From contig JAISBD010000007.1 in the NCBI GenBank assembly GCA_031266345.1, positions 4,377 through 68,376 on the forward strand: a stretch of DNA of 64,000 nt, given 5' to 3'. Each line of letters begins with the position of its first letter. Position 1 is the stretch's first letter. The notes beneath the pieces are model-generated. The model did no database searches. It worked only from the letters and a program-made list of their open reading frames with translations, and was not told where the DNA came from. Origin of the DNA: Puniceicoccales bacterium. Its GTDB lineage: Bacteria; Verrucomicrobiota; Verrucomicrobiia; Opitutales; JAIRKQ01. Below are positions 25,584 to 34,455 of the stretch, one piece after another. Position numbers and translations under genes: made by a program.

Positions 25584-25644
25584 CGGCAGACCAGACCAGG
25601 GCTCCCTTGCTAGCGGGCAAGGGGGAGCAATGCTTCGCCGGGTG

Positions 25645-25983
25645 CTATTTCTTCTTCGCTTCGCCCTTGTACTCTTCGTAGTAAGCTTTGGTTATATTTT
25701 CCAATGTGCGGGTAATGTCATTTGGGAATCGCATGCGCGCCCGATGCACCCGCTCCAAATATTTCTCATCAATGGTGCCATCCCGCACCATATTCGCCAG
25801 CTTTTCACGGGCTTGCGTGGCAGCGCCCGCGAAAGCATTGCTAACTGTCTCTTCCGGTATCTTATCGAGCCACTTTCGAGCCTGACCCACAATCTGCGCA
25901 ATCAAACTGAGGCTTTTTTGGGCCTCTTTGGCGCTTTCCTTATCCCTCGCCAGTTTTTGAAAAAGGTCTACAAACTCCTTCAT
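25645..25983 (-). CDS. Hypothetical small all-helical protein
   Basis: 112 aa from the internal ATG (MKEFVDLFQKLARDKESAKEAQKSL...YYEEYKGEAKKK). The ORF-track start at 26046 adds 21 residues. No family recognised. Confidence 0.5.
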   Translation of the reverse strand: MKEFVDLFQKLARDKESAKEAQKSLSLIAQIVGQARKWLDKIPEETVSNAFAGAATQAREKLANMVRDGTIDEKYLERVHRARMRFPNDITRTLENITKAYYEEYKGEAKKK

Positions 25984-26114
25984 ACGAAAAATAATTATAG
26001 AAAGCCGGGCTCCATTGTCAATAATATTCGCATAAAAGTTGCACATTTAGCAGTGCCGTGAAAATAGTAAATACTTTCTCGACTTTTTTCCATTTGCTCC
26101 TATTGAATCGCGCG

Positions 26115-28922
26115 ATGGATATAAAAGGTACTTTAAATTTGCCGAAAACTAAGTTCCCCATGCGAGCGGACCTCGTCAATAGGGAGCCCCGGCGGATAAG
26201 TAAGTGGGCGGAGCAACATTTATACGAAAAAATTCAGGAGAAAAATAGCGCCGGTGAAGTATTTGTGCTGCACGATGGCCCGCCATTCACCAATGGCGAT
26301 GTGCACATCGGAACGGCACTGAACAAAATTTTAAAGGATATAATCCTGCGCCACCGCTCCATGGTGGGATTTCGCACACCCTACGTGCCCGGCTGGGACT
26401 GCCACGGGCTGCCCATTGAACACAAAGTCGCGAAGGAGTTGAACCGGCAGAATAAAAAATTGGACACCGTTTCCCTCCGCCGCGAGTGTGCGAATTTCTC
26501 GGAAAATTACATAAAAAAGCAACGCAAGCAATTTGAGCGGCTGGGAATTTTGGCCGATTGGGGGCACGAATATCGCACCATGGACCCGGCTTACGAGGGC
26601 GTTGTGATAAAATTTTTTGCCGATTGCGTGGAGCAGGGGCTAGTTTACCGCGGAAAAAAACCGGTGTACTGGTCCATCCCGTGCAAAACCGCGCTAGCCG
26701 AAGCGGAGATAGAGTACAAAAACCATGTGAGTAAGTCCATCTGGGTGAAATTTAAACTGGATGAAAGTTCCGTGCAAAAGCTTGGCCTGGGGAACGATAC
26801 CTACGCTGTGATTTGGACCACCACCCCCTGGACAATCCCTTCAAACTTAGCCATCGCCGTTCATCCAAATCTTAGCTATGCGGCGGTCAAAGTGAGGGAT
26901 GGGTACTACATCGTCGGTGTGGATTTATTGGAAAAGTTTTCCAATGATTGCTCGCTTCAATGCGAAGTGGCGAAGATTTTTAGGGGGGCGGACTTGGAAC
27001 ACTTGTCCGCGAAACATCCCCTAATCGGACGGATGAGTAAAATTGTGCTCGCCACCTACGTTACCACCGATGCCGGCACCGGTTGTGTCCACATCGCTCC
27101 GGGGCATGGCCTGGAAGACTATGCAACCGGTTTGGATTACGGCTTGGACATATATTCTCCCATAGATGACAGTGGGTGCTACGTGGATGATGGGCACATA
27201 CCCCGGGAGCTGGTCGGCGCTAGCGTCCTCGAGGAATCGGCCGAAAAATGCGAAGCAAACGATAAAGTAATAGGGCTTTTGGAAAAAGTTGGTGCGCTGC
27301 TACACAAGGCGGAAATATCTCACCAATATCCCCACTGCTGGCGGTCGAAAACCCCCCTAATTTTCAGGGCAATGTTCCAGTGGTTCATCGCCCTCGATGG
27401 GAATAATCTGCGGCAAAAATTGCTGGATGCCGTCGGGACCGTCTCCTGGCTGCCAGCCTGGGGCGAAAACCGCATCCGCGCGGCGATAGAGACCCGCCCC
27501 GATTGGTGCATAAGCAGGCAGCGCGCCTGGGGCATCCCCCTGCCGGTCTTCTACACCGCTGAAGGCGCCCCTCTACTGGACAGGGGTGTTATACTGGGGA
27601 TCGCCAAAAAAATTAGCCAGCGCGGTTCGAATTTTTGGTTTGAGGCGAGCGCGGAGGAGATCCTATCCGGGCTAGATGTGCCAGCATCGTGGGACATCGC
27701 CACCATCCGCAAGTCCACGGACACGCTGGACGTCTGGATCGATTCCGGCAACAGCCACGAAGCCGTACTAAAAACCAACGGCGACTTGAGTTGGCCAGCG
27801 GACTTGTATCTGGAGGGGAGCGACCAGCACCGCGGCTGGTTCCAATCTTCCCTGTGCACGGGTGTGATTTCGGAGCGGGGTCACGCGCCCTTTAAAACGA
27901 TTTTGACCCACGGATTTGTCGTCGATGAGGACAGGAAAAAGATATCAAAAAGCGACAGTAAGCCACAAACGGCGGATGACTATGTGAACAGGTTTGGCGC
28001 CGATATTGTGCGCCTATGGGTTGCATCGGAGGACTTTAGAACGGATATTACCCTGTCGGATGCCATATTTGACCACGTCGTATCCACCTACAGGACAATG
28101 CGGAATACGCTGCGCTTCCAAATCGGCAACCTCTATGACTTCGATGCAAAATCGGACAAGGTCGATCAGCGAAACATGACCATATTGGACAAATGGGTTC
28201 TGCAGAAATTGCGCCGGCTCGTCGAAGAAGCGAGCACCGCCTACACCAACTTCGACCTGCACAGGGTGTATCAGCTGGTTAATCGCTTCTGTTCGGTGGA
28301 GCTGTCCAGCATATACCACGATATCTTGAAAGACCGGCTGTACACGCATGCCTTCAATTCCCACGGGAGGCGCTCATCCCAATCGGCCATATTTATTCTG
28401 GTCAACACCCTCATCGCCCTCCTATCCCCCATTTTAACGTTTACTTGCGACGAAGCTCTGGCGTTTTTGCTGACAGACTCGGAATTTTCTGACCAACACG
28501 TGCAGCTACTCCACTGGCCAAATATCGATTCTTTCACAAATTTCGAAGCTGAGGAGAGCGAAATCGATGCGCTGCTGAAGTTTCGGGACAGCGTCAATGA
28601 GAAGCTCGAATATGCGAGGCAGGGGAAGCTCATCGGCCAATCATTGGAGGCTAGGGTGATTATAACTTGTGCGGAGAGCGACAGGTGCGCCGGCCTGCTG
28701 AAAAAGCATGGGGATATCCTCGAGGAAATATTCATCGTCTCCCAGGTGGAACTAAATTTTGCCGCTGCCAATGCGACGAATATCACCGTCGAGCATGCTC
28801 GCGGAGAGAAATGTCCGCGCAGCTGGAGGTGGTGTGAAGAATTGTTCGATGCGGGGAGTTTCGGGAGGGTCTCGGGGGAGAGTTTGGCTGCGTTGCAGGC
28901 CAAGTACGGCGACATGATGTAA
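26115..28922 (+). CDS. ileS: Isoleucine--tRNA ligase
   Basis: MDIKGTLNLPKTKFPMRADL start, HIGH motif (GDVHIGTALNK), KMSKS motif (KKISKS), WCISRQRAWG, and a C-terminal CPRSWRWC Zn-like motif. The GTG at 26058 adds 19 non-conserved residues. Confidence 0.95.
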   Translation: MDIKGTLNLPKTKFPMRADLVNREPRRISKWAEQHLYEKIQEKNSAGEVFVLHDGPPFTNGDVHIGTALNKILKDIILRHRSMVGFRTPYVPGWDCHGLPIEHKVAKELNRQNKKLDTVSLRRECANFSENYIKKQRKQFERLGILADWGHEYRTMDPAYEGVVIKFFADCVEQGLVYRGKKPVYWSIPCKTALAEAEIEYKNHVSKSIWVKFKLDESSVQKLGLGNDTYAVIWTTTPWTIPSNLAIAVHPNLSYAAVKVRDGYYIVGVDLLEKFSNDCSLQCEVAKIFRGADLEHLSAKHPLIGRMSKIVLATYVTTDAGTGCVHIAPGHGLEDYATGLDYGLDIYSPIDDSGCYVDDGHIPRELVGASVLEESAEKCEANDKVIGLLEKVGALLHKAEISHQYPHCWRSKTPLIFRAMFQWFIALDGNNLRQKLLDAVGTVSWLPAWGENRIRAAIETRPDWCISRQRAWGIPLPVFYTAEGAPLLDRGVILGIAKKISQRGSNFWFEASAEEILSGLDVPASWDIATIRKSTDTLDVWIDSGNSHEAVLKTNGDLSWPADLYLEGSDQHRGWFQSSLCTGVISERGHAPFKTILTHGFVVDEDRKKISKSDSKPQTADDYVNRFGADIVRLWVASEDFRTDITLSDAIFDHVVSTYRTMRNTLRFQIGNLYDFDAKSDKVDQRNMTILDKWVLQKLRRLVEEASTAYTNFDLHRVYQLVNRFCSVELSSIYHDILKDRLYTHAFNSHGRRSSQSAIFILVNTLIALLSPILTFTCDEALAFLLTDSEFSDQHVQLLHWPNIDSFTNFEAEESEIDALLKFRDSVNEKLEYARQGKLIGQSLEARVIITCAESDRCAGLLKKHGDILEEIFIVSQVELNFAAANATNITVEHARGEKCPRSWRWCEELFDAGSFGRVSGESLAALQAKYGDMM

Positions 28923-28935
28923 AAATTTTTTGACT

Positions 28936-29631
28936 ATGAATAAAGTTACCCAAGATCAAACCAGGGTGGGCAAGACCCATAGCAGCATGGTGTTCACCCT
29001 CGAGGACGCTCGCCAGATAATCCGCCAAAAAGCGGAGCAGGCGGAGCAAGAGGAACAAATCCCTGAAAATAAGGTTGTTGGGATCAAGCTTAGCGTCGCT
29101 GCCCCCGCGAACAATCAGCAATTCCCACAAAAAATTGGCGCCGCTTCCATCGCGGACATACTGGGCTTTAACCCAAATGTCTCCAAGCAAACGGAAACTC
29201 GAGACAGGGACCCATCGGAGGTGCCGGCAAAGTATCGTAAATATTACAAGCTCTTGCTAAAACTGAAGAGCGACTTGAAGCACGGGCTGTCCCGCCTGAC
29301 TAAGGAACACCTATCCTGCGGCGGGGATGCGGACGTGGCAGGCTTTGACTCTGGGTTTGCGCTAAGTCTGATGTCCAGCGAGCAGGAGGCACTAACGGAG
29401 ATAGAACGGGCAATCGAACGCATACACAGGAGCACCTATGGCATATGCGAGCTGACCGGTGTCCCCATCGAAGCGGAACGGTTGGAAGTTGTCCCGTTTA
29501 CGCGGTTTTCAAAGCAGGGGCAGGAGGAACAGGAACGCATCAGGGTGGCAAAGGAGCGCCCGCAGGGCCCATTGTTTGAAGCGGAGCAGTCCGATGATAT
29601 GAGCGAGTTTTCAAACTATGAAGAGGAATAA
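28936..29631 (+). CDS. DksA/TraR-family protein, atypical (long N-terminal extension, zinc-finger cysteines mostly lost)
   Basis: The C-terminal part GGDADVAGFDSGFALSLMSSEQEALTEIERAIERIHRSTYGICELTGVPIEAERLEVVPFTRFSKQGQEE aligns to E. coli DksA (DEADRATQEEEFSLELR...FGYCESCGVEI...RLEARPTADLCIDC). Only the first Cys is kept. It sits between ileS and lspA. Confidence 0.65.
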   Translation: MNKVTQDQTRVGKTHSSMVFTLEDARQIIRQKAEQAEQEEQIPENKVVGIKLSVAAPANNQQFPQKIGAASIADILGFNPNVSKQTETRDRDPSEVPAKYRKYYKLLLKLKSDLKHGLSRLTKEHLSCGGDADVAGFDSGFALSLMSSEQEALTEIERAIERIHRSTYGICELTGVPIEAERLEVVPFTRFSKQGQEEQERIRVAKERPQGPLFEAEQSDDMSEFSNYEEE

Positions 29632-30112
29632 GTTTCGCCAATATTCCCTCTTTTACTGCATTTTGCTGCCCGTGCTAATCGGCGACCAGCTTACAAAGTT
29701 TTTTGCAGACATGTGGCTGGTGGGCCGCACGGTAACCATCTGGCCAAAATACATTTTCCTATCCTATTCGCAGAACAGTGGGGCGGCCTGGAGTCTATTC
29801 CAGGGAAATGCCCTTCTGCTGGGTTTCATCGGCATTTTGGTGCTGGCGATCATGTTCTTCTCCCGCAAGCACTTAAACATAAAACGCTGCCCCAATCAAG
29901 TCGCCTATGGGATGATATGTGCGGGCATCGCGGGAAATGTTATCGATAGGCTGTCATACGGGCACGTCATCGATTTTATCGATATCAGGCTTGGAAATTT
30001 TTGCTGGCCGACGTTCAACATTGCCGATGCAGCAATTTGTTGTGGATTTTTGTGCATTTTTTATTTGCTTTTTTCCGAAAATAGGAGAAAATTAAAGGCC
30101 ATGTTTTATTAG
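29618..30112 (+). CDS. lspA: Lipoprotein signal peptidase (signal peptidase II)
   Basis: 164 aa. DQLTKFF, NSGAAWS, GNVIDRLSYGHVIDFIDI and WPTFNIADAAI. Confidence 0.93.
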   Translation: MKRNKFRQYSLFYCILLPVLIGDQLTKFFADMWLVGRTVTIWPKYIFLSYSQNSGAAWSLFQGNALLLGFIGILVLAIMFFSRKHLNIKRCPNQVAYGMICAGIAGNVIDRLSYGHVIDFIDIRLGNFCWPTFNIADAAICCGFLCIFYLLFSENRRKLKAMFY

Positions 30113-30131
30113 CGCACAGGGTAAGATAGAG

Positions 30132-30902
30132 ATGTCAGAGAACGCAGAGCCACTTATACAGGTAAGGAATTTATCGAAGCATTACGGTGAAGCTGCCGTT
30201 TTAGAGAACATAAGTTTCAACATTGAGAGTGGTGACCTGGTTTCCATAATCGGCCCCTCCGGGTGCGGCAAATCCACACTTCTGCGCTGTTTAAATTGCT
30301 TAGAAATCCTGGATGAGGGCGAAATTTGCATAAACGGCACATTGATTTCGTCGCAATTGGCGCTCGTCGATGATGCCATGTTTTGCCGCCGTGCCCACCA
30401 ATTGCGGCAGAGTATCGGCATGGTTTTTCAATCGTTTAACTTGTTCCCCCATAAAACATTACTCGAGAATATCATGCTCGCCCCGATGGTGGTCAGGAAG
30501 CAATCCCGGGAGCTCTCCCGCAGGCAAGGCATGGAATTATTGGACAAAGTTGGGCTGGCGAATTTTTATAAGCGCCACCCATGGAGCATATCCGGCGGCC
30601 AAAAGCAGCGGGTCGCCATCGCACGCGCCCTCGCCATGAATCCTGTGCTGATGCTCTACGACGAACCAACATCCGCTCTGGATCCGGAGATGGTGGAGGA
30701 GGTTTTGCAGGTGATGCGCAATCTCGATAGGGATGGCATGACGCAGGTGATAGTCTCCCACGAAATGAAGTTTGCCCGCGATGCATCGGACTATATAATA
30801 TACGTGGAAGGGGGGAAAATAGTGGAAATTTCCGATGAGGATGAAATTTTCATCTCTCCGAAGGATGAGCGCACAAAGCGGTTTTTAAAAAGGTATATGT
30901 GA
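30132..30902 (+). CDS. Polar amino-acid ABC transporter ATP-binding protein (GlnQ/ArtP-like)
   Basis: GPSGCGKSTLLRCLN, ISGGQKQRVAIARAL, MLYDEPTSALDPEMV, SHEMKFA. Confidence 0.9.
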   Translation: MSENAEPLIQVRNLSKHYGEAAVLENISFNIESGDLVSIIGPSGCGKSTLLRCLNCLEILDEGEICINGTLISSQLALVDDAMFCRRAHQLRQSIGMVFQSFNLFPHKTLLENIMLAPMVVRKQSRELSRRQGMELLDKVGLANFYKRHPWSISGGQKQRVAIARALAMNPVLMLYDEPTSALDPEMVEEVLQVMRNLDRDGMTQVIVSHEMKFARDASDYIIYVEGGKIVEISDEDEIFISPKDERTKRFLKRYM

Positions 30903-30903
30903 G

Positions 30904-32403
30904 ATGAAAAGATTTCTGTTTTTTATCCTGATACTTTTTGGCAGTAGCACCTATGGCGACGAGCTGCGCTGGGCAGCCGACACGGAGAGCGGTGCGCCCA
31001 GTGTATTTTACGACGGCAATAGCCAGCTCGCCGGCTTCGAAAAGGAGATTATCGAGGAAGTTTGCAAGGAGCTGGATAAGGCACCGATCTTTTACCAAAA
31101 TGACTGGGCTTGGCTGATCCCCGGGCTGGACCACGGCTTATACGACGCCATCGTGGAAGGTCTATTTCGCAGCGAAGAAAACAAGGATGCGGTGCTGTTC
31201 TCCATCCCCTACTACGCTTGCCCACTGTCGCTCCTTGTGCGGGAGGGGGACGAGGAAATAAAATCCCTCGAGCATTGCCGGAAGAAGAAGGTCGGCGTGC
31301 TATGTTGCTCGCGGCCCAGAATCGTGCTAAAAGAGTACGAAGACATAGAAGTTTTCGAATATCCGAATGAGCACGGTGCCTTGTCCGATGTGAAAAATGG
31401 GCGGCTGGATGCGGCTCTGCTGGACTATCCCGCCGCGATGTACTCCACGATAGCGCTCAAGGGGCTTAAAATCGTCAATAATTTCGACAGCGTAGAATAC
31501 CTCATGGCGGTGCGAAAGGGCAACTACGCGCTGATTGGGGAAATTAACGGGGCTTTGCTCAAGCTCATCCAAAATGGAAAAGTTCAAATAATTGTTTCGA
31601 AGTGGGGCCTAACCAACCCGCTATTCGACGCATATATCGCCAAGATGGTGGGTGGCAGTGGAGCGGACGCTCGGGATACCTTCGAGCGGGAGCAATCGAG
31701 CAGCAAGTTTCAAAAGTACGTCAAGTTGCTGCCAATTTTTGCCAAAGCCGCCCTAGTAACCTTAGAAGTATCGATCTGTGGAATGATAGTTGCCGTCGCA
31801 CTTGGTTTGGTACTGGTGCTCGTCAAATTATACTCGCCGCGCTGGATACGATTCATCGTAACGGTGGCGGTGGAGATCATTCGAGGTACGCCACTAATTG
31901 TGCAATTATTTTTCATATTTTACGGTCTGCCATTCGTCGGGATTACGCTGCAACCGCTTGTCGCTGGGATAGTTGCGCTGGGCATTAACTATGCGGCATA
32001 TGAATCCGAAAACTTCCGTGCGGGGTTGGAAGCTGTGCCGAGCGGACAGATGGAAGCGGCCCGCGCACTGGGCATGAGTCAGTGGCAATCACTGCGCTAT
32101 GTTGTTATACCGCAAGCATTTTGCTTCGTATTACCGCCGCTGACCAACGACTTCATCGCCATAATAAAGGAATCTTCACTTGTGTCGCTGATTACCATCG
32201 TCGAATTGACAAAAACTTACACGACCGTGGCGAGTTCATCCTTTGATTTCTTCATCCCCGGGATTATCGTCGCCGTCCTCTACCTCGCACTTGGGCTGCC
32301 CTTCGTGCGCCTAGCAAAGCTAGCGGAAAAGTATCTCGCTCTGGAAAAGAGTGCCTATAGGGCCAAGAGGATCCCAAAGAAGTCCCACATCAATGCTCAA
32401 TGA
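30904..32403 (+). CDS. Fused periplasmic amino-acid-binding domain and ABC permease (HisM/GlnP-type)
   Basis: 499 aa. The N-terminal ~250 aa are SBP family-3-like, after a signal peptide. The C-terminal ~220 aa are a permease with the EAA loop (EAARALGMSQWQSLRYVVIPQA). Confidence 0.85.
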   Translation: MKRFLFFILILFGSSTYGDELRWAADTESGAPSVFYDGNSQLAGFEKEIIEEVCKELDKAPIFYQNDWAWLIPGLDHGLYDAIVEGLFRSEENKDAVLFSIPYYACPLSLLVREGDEEIKSLEHCRKKKVGVLCCSRPRIVLKEYEDIEVFEYPNEHGALSDVKNGRLDAALLDYPAAMYSTIALKGLKIVNNFDSVEYLMAVRKGNYALIGEINGALLKLIQNGKVQIIVSKWGLTNPLFDAYIAKMVGGSGADARDTFEREQSSSKFQKYVKLLPIFAKAALVTLEVSICGMIVAVALGLVLVLVKLYSPRWIRFIVTVAVEIIRGTPLIVQLFFIFYGLPFVGITLQPLVAGIVALGINYAAYESENFRAGLEAVPSGQMEAARALGMSQWQSLRYVVIPQAFCFVLPPLTNDFIAIIKESSLVSLITIVELTKTYTTVASSSFDFFIPGIIVAVLYLALGLPFVRLAKLAEKYLALEKSAYRAKRIPKKSHINAQ

Positions 32404-34006
32404 TGCGCATCGCCTCATCCACCGATGTGAGGCCGCTTTTAATTTTCATCAAAGCGTCACTTTTCAATGTCAGCACGCCATTTTCAGCGGCAATGGTGCG
32501 GATTTCCGCCTCCGATTTTCGAGTGGCGATGGCTTCGCGCAGAGCATCGCTAGCGTCGAGGATTTCGAAGATTCCCACCCTGCCGTAGTATCCCAAACCG
32601 TCGCAGTGGTCGCATCCCTGTGCACCGAAGGCATCGGCCAAGTCGGCACCAAAAATTTGCTCCGCTTCTCGGCGAGATATTGTTTGGGGATCCATCTTTT
32701 TGGCGCAGTGGGGGCACAGTTTCCTAACCAACCTCTGCGCAACAATGAGCCTAATTGCCGAGGATAGCAAAAATTCTTCCACGCCGATATCCCACAGTCT
32801 CGTGATGGCCCCGATGGAATCATTTGTGTGCAGCGTGCTCAACACGAGGTGGCCGGTGATGGACGCCCTAATCGCGATCTCGGCGGTTTCGCGGTCACGT
32901 ATCTCGCCGACCATGATGATGTCCGGGTCTTGCCGCAGGATGGAGCGCAGTACGCTAGCAAAAGTCAGGCCGATCTCCGGGTTTACCTGCGTTTGGTTGA
33001 CCTCCTGGATATCGTATTCTATGGGGTCTTCGACCGTCATCAGGCGCCGATTCGGCGTGCGCAGCGCCCGCAGGCATGCGCTGAGCGTGGTAGATTTTCC
33101 AGAGCCCGTCGGGCCGGTCACGAGGATGATTCCGTGCGGCCGCTTAAGTGCCCCCCTAAGCAGCCCGCTGCGCGCCTGGTCAAGGCCGAGATCATCCAAT
33201 TCGACCGGGCTATTATTGTTGGCGAGTATGCGCAAACTAACGCTTTCTCCGTAGGTTGTCGGCAAGGTCGATGCCCTAATATCGAGGGTTCCCCGGGGCA
33301 TTTTAAATAGGATTTTTCCATCCTGGGGGTGATGTTTTTCGGAAATGTTCATCCGTGCCATGATCTTTAGGCGTGAAATGATGGCCGCTTGAAAATTTTT
33401 CAGATTTTCCGGCACGCGGGCAACAACCAAATCCCCATCGACGCGGTACCTAATGATGAGGCTAGCCCTTTGCGGCTCGAAGTGCACGTCGGTCGCCCGT
33501 GCTCCGATGCACCGCCGCAGGAGATCATTGACAAATTTTATCACGGCGGCATCCTCATTTTCCATATCCTCCCGCTTCTGGACATCATCGGGACCCTGCG
33601 CCGCAACACCGGACAGACCAAAGCTCTCGGCAATAAATTTGCCAATGGCATCCGGGTAGGTGAGGGAGCATTCGATGCCGTACCCCGTGGTAGCGGTGAT
33701 CCAGCGCACCTGGCTATTCGCCAATGGCCAGCAAACAACAGCGGAAATCATATCCCCACCGGCGCCGATCGGTAAAAATTTATATTCCGTCACCAGCTGA
33801 TAGGGTATTTTGCTTAAAATTTCGCCGTCAACGGTGAATTTTTTTATAATCTTCAGCCCACTCATCTCCGCCAAAGTGTGCAGAGCTGAATCTTCGCTGC
33901 GATCCAAAAACTTCGCCAATTCACCCAGGCGCAAAGCGGGGTCGGCGGATAAAATTTGTGCCGCCTCCCTGCCGAATTTTGAGTAGAAAATCGAATCTTC
34001 CATCAC
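32390..34006 (-). CDS. gspE: Type II secretion ATPase GspE
   Basis: 538 aa. Walker A GPTGSGKSTTL, Asp/His boxes (VGEIRDRETAEIAIRASITGHLVLSTLHTND) and the tetracysteine CPHC...CDHCDG motif typical of GspE. The start is GTG 34006 or ATG 34003. Confidence 0.92.
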   Translation of the reverse strand: MMEDSIFYSKFGREAAQILSADPALRLGELAKFLDRSEDSALHTLAEMSGLKIIKKFTVDGEILSKIPYQLVTEYKFLPIGAGGDMISAVVCWPLANSQVRWITATTGYGIECSLTYPDAIGKFIAESFGLSGVAAQGPDDVQKREDMENEDAAVIKFVNDLLRRCIGARATDVHFEPQRASLIIRYRVDGDLVVARVPENLKNFQAAIISRLKIMARMNISEKHHPQDGKILFKMPRGTLDIRASTLPTTYGESVSLRILANNNSPVELDDLGLDQARSGLLRGALKRPHGIILVTGPTGSGKSTTLSACLRALRTPNRRLMTVEDPIEYDIQEVNQTQVNPEIGLTFASVLRSILRQDPDIIMVGEIRDRETAEIAIRASITGHLVLSTLHTNDSIGAITRLWDIGVEEFLLSSAIRLIVAQRLVRKLCPHCAKKMDPQTISRREAEQIFGADLADAFGAQGCDHCDGLGYYGRVGIFEILDASDALREAIATRKSEAEIRTIAAENGVLTLKSDALMKIKSGLTSVDEAMRIIEH

Positions 34007-34452
34007 TTACTATCGTTGCGAACAATTTCAAAAAATTTCCTGCGCGCCTCCTCGGAGACGGGCATAGCGGTGCTATTCCCATGCGCCAACCGCACGGAAT
34101 TCGCCCTAGGTTCGGCCTGATTCAGCCTAATGCTCAACTTCGAACCGTCTGACCGGCACAGCTCGATAGTTTGCCGGGTTTTATCGTATCTTTTCACGGA
34201 GATGCCGGCCACCGTTTCTCCAAGTTTGAGCCAGCACCTCCCGTTGGAAGTTTTGTTGAGGATGCTAAACATGCACTCGTCGCCCAACAGGCAGACCCCG
34301 TGAAGCTCGAATTCATCGCTTACATTCGGTTGTTTTTCAACGACTTCAGCGCATTTTGTACAAAATGGCGAGCGTTCGCAGAGCGATGGATACCCACCGT
34401 AAGCGCCGCGAAAACAAAGCAATACTAGGAATATTGGTGCGAAAACTTTCAT
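34003..34452 (-). CDS. Secreted GspC-HR/PilP-like small protein (putative secretin-interacting T2SS component)
   Basis: 149 aa with signal peptide MKVFAPIFLVLLCFRGAYG. The core FELHGVCLLGDECMFSILNKTSNGRCWLKLGETVAGISVKRYDKTRQTIELCRSDGSKLSIRL has the G-x-A-x-I...Gd.v.G..V..I....V.L....g pattern of GspC HR/PilP domains. Wedged between gspD and gspE with overlapping stop/start. Confidence 0.5.
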   Translation of the reverse strand: MKVFAPIFLVLLCFRGAYGGYPSLCERSPFCTKCAEVVEKQPNVSDEFELHGVCLLGDECMFSILNKTSNGRCWLKLGETVAGISVKRYDKTRQTIELCRSDGSKLSIRLNQAEPRANSVRLAHGNSTAMPVSEEARRKFFEIVRNDSK

Positions 34453-34455
34453 CTT

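Noticed and set aside
26058-26114. GTG-initiated 19-codon extension of ileS. Likewise 57847-57882 for gspF, 61015-61053 for dxs, 6979-7092 for rpsT, and 38747-38782 / 38758-38790 for the K-like and pseudopilin genes.
   Set aside because: The extensions are not part of the conserved family N-termini, and some would overlap neighbouring genes. Internal ATGs coincide with the canonical N-terminal sequences.
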